Positions 53,461 to 64,000 of a stretch of DNA of 64,000 nt are shown here, one piece after another. This stretch comes from Eledone cirrhosa (lineage: Eukaryota). The stretch spans positions 11,160,001 through 11,224,000 of the forward strand of contig OZ024747.1 of NCBI GenBank assembly GCA_964016885.1, written 5' to 3'. Position 1 is the first letter of the stretch; each line of letters begins with the position of its first letter. Both the position numbers and the translations under genes were made by a program. Under the pieces are notes generated by a model. The model made no database searches. It had not been told where the DNA came from and saw nothing but the letters and a program-made list of their open reading frames with translations.

Positions 53461-53952
53461 CCTTCGTAAACAGAGAGAGAGAGAAGGATAGAGAGAAAGA
53501 GTTAGTGGTTGTGAGAGAGTTGATTGAAAGAGAGACATAGAGAGAGGGAGAGGAGACAGAGAAGGAGAATGGAAGAGAGAGAGAGAGCTGGTGGTGTTGT
53601 TGTGTGTATATATATATATATATATATATACACAACAACACCACCAGCTCTCTCTCTCTCTTCCATTCTCCCCTGTCTCCTCTCCCTCTCTCTATGTCTC
53701 TCTTTCAATGTACTCTCTCACAACCAAAACTCTTTCTCTCTATCCTTCTCTCTCTGTTTATGAAGGTACCCAGAAACCCCCATATCTCGGGAACCCGTGC
53801 TTCGATTTACATGAAACTTGTTTTATTCCATTTGTATTCCCATTTCAGGGGCAACTTCCTTTCAAAGTATTTCCCCATTATGCGCCCGTTTGGCTCTATT
53901 ACATTACAGACAAGCAAGCAAGCAATCACAGAGTTTTAGTAGTATATAGATA
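53457..53952. mobile_element. (TA)n-centred palindrome followed by a Helentron/HINE-like end
   Basis: Inverted arms across 53457-53770 around (TA)n at about 53607-53630. Then catatctcgggaacc...cgatttacatgaaactt, (CAAG)n and gagttttagtagtatatagat, which resembles non-autonomous Helitron/DINE-1-like termini. Family call is tentative. Confidence 0.5.
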
Positions 53953-53959
53953 ATGACAT

Positions 53960-56070
53960 AAACAACACTAACAACAACAACTACTACAATACAACACAGC
54001 AACAATAAAAACAACACAACATAGCAACAACAACAACAATAACAATACAACACAGCAACAACAACAACAATAACAATACAACATAGCAACAACAACAACA
54101 ACAATAACAATACAACACACCAACAACAATAACAATACAACATAGCAACAACAACAACAACAACAACAATACAACACAGCAACAACAATAACAATACAAC
54201 ATAGCAACAACAACAATAACAATACAACACACCAACAACAATAACAATACAACATAGCAACAACAACAACAACAATACAACACAGCAACAACAACAACAA
54301 TAACAATACAACATAGCAACAACAACAACAACAATAACAATACAACACAGCAACAACAACAACAATAACAATACAACATAGCAACAACAACAACAACAAT
54401 AACAATACAACACACCAACAACAACAACAATAACAATACAACATAGCAACAACAACAACAACAATAACAATACAACATAGCAACAACAACAACAATAACA
54501 ATACAACACAGCAACAACAACAACAACAATAACAATACAACACACCAACAACAACAACAACAACAACAATACAACACAGCAACACCAACAACAATACAAC
54601 ACATCAACAACAACAACAATAACAATACAACACACCAACAACAATAACAATACAACATAGCAACAACAACAATAACAATACAACACACCAACAACAATAA
54701 CAATACAACATAGCAACAACAACAACAATAACAATACAACACAGCAACAACAACAACAATAACAATACAACATAGCAACAACAACAACAACAATAACAAT
54801 ACAACACACCAACAACAACAACAACAATACAACATAGCAACAACAACAACAACAATAACAATACAACACACCAACAACAACAACAACAACAATACAACAC
54901 AGCAACACCAACAACAATACAACACATCAACAACAACAACAATAACAATACAACACACCAACAACAACAACAATAACAATACAACATAGCAACAACAACA
55001 ACAACACTAACAATACAACACACCAACAACAATAACAATACAACACATCAACAACAACAACAATAACAATACAACACACCAACAACAACAACAATACAAC
55101 ACATCAACAACAACAACAATAACAATACAACACACCAACAACAACAACAATACAACACATCAACAACAACAACAATAACAATACAACACATCAACAACAA
55201 CAACAATAACAATACAACACAGCAACACCAACAACAATACAACACATCAACAACAACAACAATAACAATACAACACACCAACAACAACAACAATAACAAT
55301 ACAACATAGCAACAACAACAACAACACTAACAATACAACACACCAACAACAATAACAATACAACACAGCAACAACAACAACAATAACAATACAACACACC
55401 AACAACAACAACAATAACAATACAACACACCAACAACAATAACAATACAACACATCAACAACAACAACAATAACAATACAACACACCAACAACAACAACA
55501 ATAACAATACAACACAGCAACAACAATAACAATACAACACACCAACAACAACAACAATAACAATACAACACAGCAATAACAATACAACACACCAACAACA
55601 ACAACAATAACAATACAACACAGCAACAACAATAACAATACAACACACCAACAACAACAACAATAACAATACAACACAGCAACAACAATAACAATACAAC
55701 ACACTAACAACAACAACAATAACAATACAACACACCAACAACAACAACAATAACAATACAACACATCAACAACAACAACAATAACAATACAACACACCAA
55801 CAACAACAACAATAACAATACAACACAGCAACAACAATAACAATACAACACACCAACAACAACAACAATAACAATACAACACAGCAACAACAATAACAAT
55901 ACAACACACCAACAACAACAACAATAACAATACAACACAGCAACAACAACAACAATACAACACACCAACAACAACAACAATAACAATACAACACAGCAAC
56001 ATATAATATTATTATTCATTATGACAACATCAATATTTATCAATATAACAATAACAACAACAACAACAGT
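53960..56070. repeat. (CAA)n-derived compound minisatellite
   Basis: (caa)n-taacaatacaacaYa units. Source of the poly-C/V/L ORFs. Confidence 0.97.
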
Positions 56071-56149
56071 AATTGTAGTAATAATGATGACAGAGATAAT
56101 GGAGATGGTGGTGGGAGGAGGTGAGGGTGGGAGAGAGAGAGAGTGTGTA

Positions 56150-56940
56150 AGGTAGTGGGAGGGAGTGAGTATGGGAGGGGTGGTCTGTATGGTGGGGAGA
56201 GTATGTATGGGGGGGGAGTATGTCGTGTGTATGTGAGGGGTAGGGGGAGTATGTGGTTTGTATGGGGGGTTAGTGGGGGGTAGTGTGTATGGTGGGGGGA
56301 GAGAGTGAGTATGGGAGGGGTGGTCTGTATGGTGGGGAGAGTATGTATGGGGGGAGAGTATGTCGTGTGTATGGGAGGGGGTAGTCTGTATGGTGGGGTT
56401 AGTGGGGGGTAGTGTGTATGGTGGGGGAAGAGAGAGTATGTGGTGTGTATGGGAGGGGGTGGTCTGTATGGTGGGGGAGAGAAAGTATGTGATGTGTATG
56501 GGAGGGGGTGGTCTGTATGGTGGGAGGTAGTGTGTATGGTGGGGGGAGAGAGAGTATGTGGTGTGTATGGGAGGGGGTAGTCTGTATCGTGGGGTTAGTG
56601 GGGGGTAGTGTGTATGGTGGGGGGAGAGAGTATGTGATGTGTATGGGAGGGGGTGGTCTGTATCGTGGGTTAGTGGGGGGTAGTGTGTATGGTGGGGGAG
56701 AGAGAGTATGTGGTGTGTATGGGAGGGGGTAGTGTGTATGGTGGGAGGAGAGAGAGTATGTGGTGTGTATGGGAGGGGGTGGTCTGTATGGTGGGTTAGT
56801 GGGGGGTAGTGTGTATGGTGGGGGGAGAGAGAGTATGTGGTGTGTGTGGTAGGGGGTGGTCTGTTAGTGGGGGAGAAAGAGTATGTGGTGTGTATGGGAG
56901 GGGTAGTGGGTAGAGTGTATGGGAGGGGGGTCTGTATGGA
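56150..56940. repeat. G-rich degenerate minisatellite
   Basis: gtatgggagggggtggtctgtatggtggggg-type units. Confidence 0.9.
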
Positions 56941-57176
56941 AACCAGATAATGATGAGCAACAAAATCAGAAATAATCAGAGAAATAATGGTTTAGAGAAG
57001 ATGTATGTATGTATGTGTGTATGCATTTGTATGTAGGCGTGTGTATATGTGTTTGTGTGTATGTGTATGTGTGTGTACGTGTGTTTATCTTTCTATATAT
57101 GTATTTGAGTATGTGAATGTTTATTGGTTTGTGTATGTGATGTGTTTGTATCTCTCTCTCTCTCTCTCTCTCTCTT

Positions 57177-57240
<64 letters not shown>

Positions 57241-57290
57241 CATATACATAGACACATATATATATATAGATACATATATATAGAGAGACA

Positions 57291-57371
<81 letters not shown>

Positions 57372-57730
57372 GTATATATATATATATGTAAAGTCATAGA
57401 TATATATGTTTTGCAACCGGTCACGTTGTGGCTCAATGAGAAATTAATAAATTAAATTAAATAATCAGAGCTATATATCATAAAATATGTCTTTAGAATC
57501 ACTAGATATAATATATACCATTTCCTCTCCCAATTAGTATAATTAACCATATAAAAAATCAATTAGACCAAGCTATAAGAATAAAGGCTCCTATGAAGAA
57601 ATCTTCGACAAATAACCGAAAGCAGCCCCTTCGCGGTGGCTACAATAGATTATTTATCTAACATTTCGACAGCATGTAAATATATATAATAAAGTGTAGT
57701 TAACTTGAAAGGTTGTGTATAATATATAAC

Positions 57731-58244
57731 ATTGAAAGAGATAGAAGCTAAACAATACAAGTTGGACTGTAAGATGAGGCAACGAAAAGTAAAAGTAAAT
57801 TACTTGGTAGTCTTTGTTTAGTTTTGTTGTTGTTATGAAATACTATGTTGGTAATTGTTGTTGTTATTGGGAAATACTATGTTGGTAATTGTTGTTGTTG
57901 TTGTGAAATACTATGTTGGCAATTGTTGTTGTTATTGTGAAATACTATGTTGGCAATTGACGTCATTCACGTGGAAAACAAAATAATCATTAAAAAAAAA
58001 TGCTTGAAAATGACTCAGAAAAAAATTAAATCAAAATTAAAATTTAATCCCAAAGAGAGGAAATTGGAACATTATCCACTGAAAGTTCCTTAAACCCTGA
58101 AGAAGGGACTTTTAGGGCCCGAAATATTGGACAAAAAATAGAACAACAACAACAAAATAAAACTAAGATTACCAGGTAACTTAGTTTTACTTTTCGTTGC
58201 CTCATCTTAGTCTATTTTGCATTGTTTAGCTTCTATCTCTTTCA

Positions 58245-58246
<2 letters not shown>
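57731..58246 (+). mobile_element. Diverged inverted-arm element with hammerhead-like core at 58095-58130
   Basis: Arms at about 57731-57835 and 58143-58246. Core cc-CTGAAGA-a-GGG...CCC-GAAA-TA-TT-gg. Related sequence at about 29500-29650. Confidence 0.55.
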
Positions 58247-58334
<88 letters not shown>

Positions 58335-58980
58335 TGTGTGTGTATACGTCTGCCTATCTCTATCTATATATATGTGTGTGTGTGAGAGTGATGTATATGT
58401 GTGTGACAGTGGTGTATATATGAGTGTGTGAGTGGTGTATATGTGTGTGACAGTGGTGTATATATGAGTGTGTGAGTGGTGTATATGTGTGTGATAGTGG
58501 TGTATATGTGTGTGACAGTGGTGTATATGTGTGTGACAGTGGTGTATATATGAGTGTGTGAGAGTGGTGTATATGTGTGTGACAGTGGTGTATATATGAG
58601 TGTGTGAGTGGTGTATATGTGTGTGACAGTGGTGTATATATGTGTGTGACAGTGGTGTATATATGAGTGTGTGAGTGGTGTATATGTGTGTGTGAGTGGT
58701 GTATATGTGTGTAATAGTGGTGTATATATAAGAGTGTGAGTGTATATAGCAGGAGTTAAATGTCAAACATTAAACATTCATATCTTTACCATTAACAACA
58801 ACAATACTTACTAAAGGCCATTTACTCTTCTCTGCTGCCATCACCTCTACTGCACTACACTGATTACAACACTACAGCATGTGTATACATGTATATACAT
58901 CGATGTATATATATATACGTGTATATATGGCATGTATATACATGTACATACATGTATATACATATATATATAATATATAC

Positions 58981-59060
<80 letters not shown>

Positions 59061-59089
59061 CACACATATATATATATATATATATATAC

Positions 59090-59787
59090 AGTAATATACG
59101 TGAACGGCAAAGCATAAACGAACTAAGGAAAAAATTAGAAATAAGAGGGATCAGATGTTGTTTACTCGAGAGAAGGCTACGTTGGTATGGACACGTGATG
59201 CGCATGAAAGACGACAGCTGTATAACAAAGTGCAGGGCAATAAAGATAGACGGTAGCCACGGAATAGGCAGACCCAGAAAAACCTGGGACGAGCTGATAA
59301 ACACCGACCTCACACACTTACACCTCTCCAAGACAATGTCACTGGACCGAGACCTTTGGCGGTACTCAGTAACAAAGACCCGCCTTACCTAAATACATAG
59401 TAAAACCTACTACAGCCAGTAGGCATCTCTAACAAAATACACCCCGTCCCACCACCACCACCCCCACCCCATCCACACCACCCCGTTCTATGTAAAGTTG
59501 TGTTGGTGCCACACCATCCAGGCCGAAACAAATGAGATCGTGTAGGTGTCACGACAAAAAAACACACAGTCCACGCTGTAATGTGGCCGTGTAGGCAACA
59601 CGGTAAAAACCTCCCAGACCCACACTGTAAATGTGGTTGGTGTTAGGAAGGGCATCCAACTGTAGAAAACCTGCCAGACAGTCCTATGCGAGCAAGACAA
59701 TCACTCTTGCCTCAAGTGGGACTACCCCCGTCCAGACCCATGCAAGCGTGGAACACGGACGTTAAACGTTGATGATGATGATGATGA

Positions 59788-59790
<3 letters not shown>
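59090..59790 (+). mobile_element. RTE LINE 3' end (ORF tail, 3' region and (GAT)n end)
   Basis: [32 protein letters not shown]...[11 protein letters not shown]...DRDLWR, followed by aggaagggcatcc...acccatgcaagcgtgga...gttaaacg(gat)n. Confidence 0.85.
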
Positions 59791-59833
<43 letters not shown>

Positions 59834-60739
59834 ATATAACATGTATATACATATACATGTGTATATGTATATGTGTGTGTATTTATATATGTGTATGTGT
59901 GTGTATCTATGTATGCTTATTGCTACTTCTTATCAGAAGAGTGCCATCCTTTCATTGAACATTGCATGGTCACGTGCACAAAGGTGACTTTTCAAACCAG
60001 CCTTTGTTTTGCAGACACGTTCACAGATGTGTCACTTGAACTGTTTGTCTCCTGCCAATACCAGCTGGGGTGTGTTTGCATGCATTTTACTGTCTTGTCA
60101 AGCCACCAGCTGACTTGTAAATTAAGTTACACTCATTGTAATTGTACCGGGGAGTATGTAGCAGTAGAACCATCTCACATGTGGCTCAATTTCTCCCCAG
60201 CTCGTGTGATTTAAGATGGTTGACAAAACCAGCTCTTGATAGAAGAAATCAGCCTCATACATAGCACCTCAATTGCTGCTGATTTTTGCAGAAACTGCAT
60301 TTAGGCCTTGCTTACACAGTGATTGCTTCAAAGCAGTATGCTCAACTCGATTTTTCTCAAAGACATCACATCTATCCTCCAGTCAATGACTCCCAGTTCT
60401 CCATATCAATATTCAGAGCTTTAAGACTGTCTTTTATGACATTCTTAAACTGCTTCTTTGGTTCATGCCGTGGCCTGTAAATATGGAGAAACCTTTTGTT
60501 GTCAACAGTGGGAGCGGCGGTTCTCTAAACTTCTTCTATCCCATCCTTATTCGAGCTATTATACATATTACATACACACATACATGTGCATGCATATATA
60601 TATATAAACATATATACACCTAATACATAATCACATACATGAAACATACATCTAGTACACACTCCTTTCCTTACCTCCCCCTCTTCTATACAACTCCCAT
60701 GCTCTAACACTGTCCCCATATTTTAATATCCCACCCTTT

Positions 60740-61210
60740 TGGTGCCATGACAAAAAGCACCAAGTCCACCCTGTAAAGTGGTCATACTGGTGCCTCAACA
60801 AAAAACACCCAGTCCACCCTGTAAAGTGGTCAAACTGGTGCCTCATCAAAAAACACCCAGTCCACCCTGTAAAGTGGTCATACTGGTGCCTCATCAAAAA
60901 ACACCCAGTCCACCCTGTAAAGTGGTCAAACTGGTGCCTCATCAAAAAACACCCAGACCACCCTGTAAAGTGGTCAAACTGGTGCCTCATCAAAAAACAC
61001 CCAGTCCACCCTGTAAAGTGGTCATACTGGTGCCATACCAAAAACCACCCAGTCCACCCTGAAAGTTGGTCATACTGATGCCATGACAGAAAACACCCAG
61101 TCCACCCTGTAAAGTAGTCATACTGATGCCATGACAAAAAACACCCAGTCCACCCTGTAGAGTGATCATACTGGTGCCTCAACAAAAAACACCCAGTCCA
61201 CCCTGTAAGA
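60740..61210. repeat. 48-bp minisatellite
   Basis: aaaaaacacccagtccaccctgtaaagtggtcaWactggtgcctcatc, about 10 copies, running into the short-element copy at 61240-61440. Confidence 0.92.
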
Positions 61211-61544
61211 TGGTAGTGGAAGTGTCACAGAAAAGCTTCCCATACATGCTGTAATGTGGTTGGTGATAAGAAGGACAACCAGCCATAGAAAACCCAGCCC
61301 CCCCCCCCAAAAAAAAACCAGATCCAAATGGGCAAGGCGTGATCACCTGACCTGTCAAGCCTTATAAGGTAACAACCTATCAAACCCATTGAAGCATAGA
61401 AAGTAGACTTTAAACTGTGATGATGATGATGATGATGACACATACATATATAATTGCATATACATAACCATGTATAATCACATACATATATATATATATA
61501 TATATATATCCTCTTTATTTCGGCCGCGGATGGCTAACATAACA

Positions 61545-61806
61545 TCCAGTCCTAAATAAATGAGGTCGTGTAGGTGTCACGACAAAAAAAACACACAGTC
61601 CACGCTGTAATGTGGCCGTGTAGGCAACACGGTAAAAACCTCCCAGTCCACACTGTAAACGTGGTTGGTGTTAGGAAGGGCATCCAGTCGTAGAAAACCC
61701 GCCAGACAGTCCTGAGCAAGACAACCAATCTTGCCTCAAGTGGGACAATTCCCGTCCAGACCCATGCTAGCATGGAAGATGGACGTTAAACGATGATGAT
61801 GATGAT
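61545..61806 (+). mobile_element. Short element sharing the RTE 3' region and (GAT)n tail
   Basis: Matches 59515-59790. Further copies at about 4200-4420 (-), 13672-13800 (+), 22080-22200 (-), 35850-36105 (+), 53135-53250 (-) and 61240-61440 (+). Confidence 0.7.
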
Positions 61807-63307
61807 ATATATATATATAGTGAGAGAGAGAGAGAGAGATATATAATTATATACCCATGCAAGCATGAAAAAATAGACATTAAACGGTGATGATGAATCA
61901 TATAGTCATACATACATAGACAAACATACATACATAGACATAAACATATACATATACACATACATACATATATATACATAGACAAACATACATATATACA
62001 TACATACATAGACCATATATACATACATAGACAAACATACATACATAGACATAAACATACATACATACATACATAGACATAAACATGGTGGCTGCCAACT
62101 CGTTTTCGAGTACGGCCACTACTTTATATCCATGTAGGAGAACCCCTACCGATGCGCTGAACAAGTGTGACTTTTTAGTCCAGCCAGCGACTTGAAAACT
62201 CTGGTACAAACACTACACCTGTGACAATTATTGTCAGCTAGTGCTGGGCCCATGGTACCATGTGATGACAAGTGCAGAAAGATCCCCAGATATAAAGCAA
62301 TGCCTGTGCCGTGAAGCTTTTATAGTGAGCAAAGCCACTGCACAAAGCCAGCCCCACTCTCTTAACCAAGATGATATTTACCAAAAAGAAGAACAAGTCA
62401 ACATCATTGGATACCATCAGGGTTGCAGGTGTTATATCAGAGTTTTCCTTCTCCTAGAATTCTGCCTTGACAAAGGCTAAGGGGTCATCTCTCCCGGTGA
62501 TTTTGGATGGCCATTGACTCTTAAGAGCTCCTTTGCCCTTTGACAGGTTTTGTTTTTAGTCCTGCAGGATGTCCAAAGTCACCCTCCTCACCAAGAAACC
62601 TTGGTGGGGTTGCCAGTTTAGTCGCCAACGACCCGACCATGAGACAGGTTGTACTGGGATACATGTTACCAGTAGCACCAACTGGTGACCTGACATACAT
62701 AGACATATATACATACATACATAGACACATATATATATACATACATACATAGACATAAACATATATACATACATATTTACATACATAGACATACATACAT
62801 ACATACATAAACATACATATATACATACATATATACATACATAAACATATATACATACATATATACATACATAGACATACATACATACATACATACATAT
62901 ATACATACATATATACATAAACATATATACATACATACATACATGGTGATGCCACCCAATATTGACCACACCCACCACCCTATCTCTCCCCTTCTCCCCC
63001 CTCTCTCTACCCCCCACCCACTCCTCATGTCACCCACCACCTGCCTGTCCCTCCGCCTGCACCCCTCCCTGTATCACCCCCTCTCCACACATACCCCATC
63101 CCCTTCTTCCCCCCTCTCTCTTCCCACCCACTCCCCATGTCACACATCACTCCTCCATGTCACCCCCCCACTCCTCATGTCACCCCCTACATCACCCCCT
63201 CCCCCACATCACTCTCCCCCTCTCTCAGTCAGAGTATAAAATCACAAGTCAATAACATCCTAACACTGATTAATTGGTTTAATGTACAGTATTGATCTGA
63301 CAACATA

Positions 63308-63710
63308 TTGTTGTTGTTGTTGTTGTTGTGGTGGTGGTGGTGGTGGTGGTGGTGGTGGTGTAGGTAGTAGTGGTGGGGGTAGTGGTGGTGGTGTAGGTAG
63401 TAGTGGGGGTAGTGGTGGTGGTGGTGGTGGTGGTGTAGGTAGTAGTAGGGGTAGTGGTGGTGGTAGTGGTGGTGGTGTAGGTAGTAGTGGGGGTAGTGGT
63501 GGTGGTAGTGGTGGTGGTGGTGTTGGTGGTGGTAGTAGTGGGGGTGGTAGTGGTGTTGTTGGTGGTGAAGGTGGGGGTGACGGTAGTAGTGGTGGGGTAG
63601 TGGTGTGGGGGGGTAGTAGCGGGATAGTAGTGGTGGTAGTGGTAGTGGTGGTGGTGTAGGCGGTGGTGTTGGTAGTAGTGGGGGTCGTAGTGGTGGTAGT
63701 GGTGGTGGTG

Positions 63711-63742
<32 letters not shown>

Positions 63743-63790
63743 AGTGGTGGTGTTGGTAGTAGTGGGGTGGTAGTGGTGGTAGTGGTGGTG

Positions 63791-63822
<32 letters not shown>

Positions 63823-63990
63823 GGTGGTAGTAGTGGGGTAGTAGTGGTGGTGGTGGTGGTGGTAGTGGTGGTGTTGTTGTTGTTGTTGTTGTTGTTGGTG
63901 GTGGTGGTAGTAGTGGGGTAGTAGTGGTGGTGGTGGTGGTGGTAGTGGGGGTAGTGGTAGTGGTAGTGGTAGTGGTAGTGGTGGTATACA
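63308..63990. repeat. (GGT/GTA/GTT)n compound microsatellite
   Basis: Direct reading. Source of the poly-P/T/G ORFs. Confidence 0.95.
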
Positions 63991-64000
63991 TAGTGTAGGT

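Noticed and set aside
53904-56043. Cys/Val/Leu-rich ORFs up to 337 aa
   Set aside because: Open in all three minus frames over a (TTG)n-derived repeat; no gene structure.
57540-57700. Further hammerhead candidates (atgaagaa...ccgaaagcagc; also about 33490-33520 and 41375-41425)
   Set aside because: Core and stems too degenerate to support a call.
62080-62700. GC-richer segment as a host exon
   Set aside because: No consistent ORF or splice pattern; probably a decayed LINE 5' region, family not identifiable by eye.
63260-63991. Poly-Pro/Thr (formin- or extensin-like) and poly-Gly ORFs
   Set aside because: Compound GGT/GTA microsatellite with no flanking domain.

Overview
Repeat-rich eukaryotic DNA, AT-rich and dense in microsatellites. 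The tRNA-derived SINEs, RTE fragments and (TA)n/(CAT)n tracts suggest a coleoid cephalopod such as Octopus (inference). There are two protein-coding genes, both on the minus strand. (1) A spliced gene rebuilt by hand from seven coding exons (ATG at 13277, open past position 1, at least 853 codons, all splice phases compatible). It encodes a PRDM10-like zinc knuckle and PR/SET domain joined to six C2H2 fingers that match PLAG1/PLAGL fingers 2-7, not the PRDM10 fingers. (2) A 312-aa type I membrane glycoprotein with a single coding exon (48065-49003). Nearly all other ORF-track entries are translated microsatellites. The most striking unexplained signal is a set of small non-coding elements, mostly in or beside (TA)n tracts, with minimal type I hammerhead ribozyme cores: CUGAnGA, stem II, GAAA, palindromic stem III, UH. 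Their stems differ in sequence but keep the pairing. They occur as foldbacks with one ribozyme per strand (28365-28790, 44141-44582) and as a 525-nt unit whose terminal direct repeat starts at the predicted cleavage site (27001-27586). This looks like a Penelope-like or retrozyme system, with about a dozen intact or decayed cores in 64 kb. Repeat boundaries are approximate and were read by eye; no searches were run.
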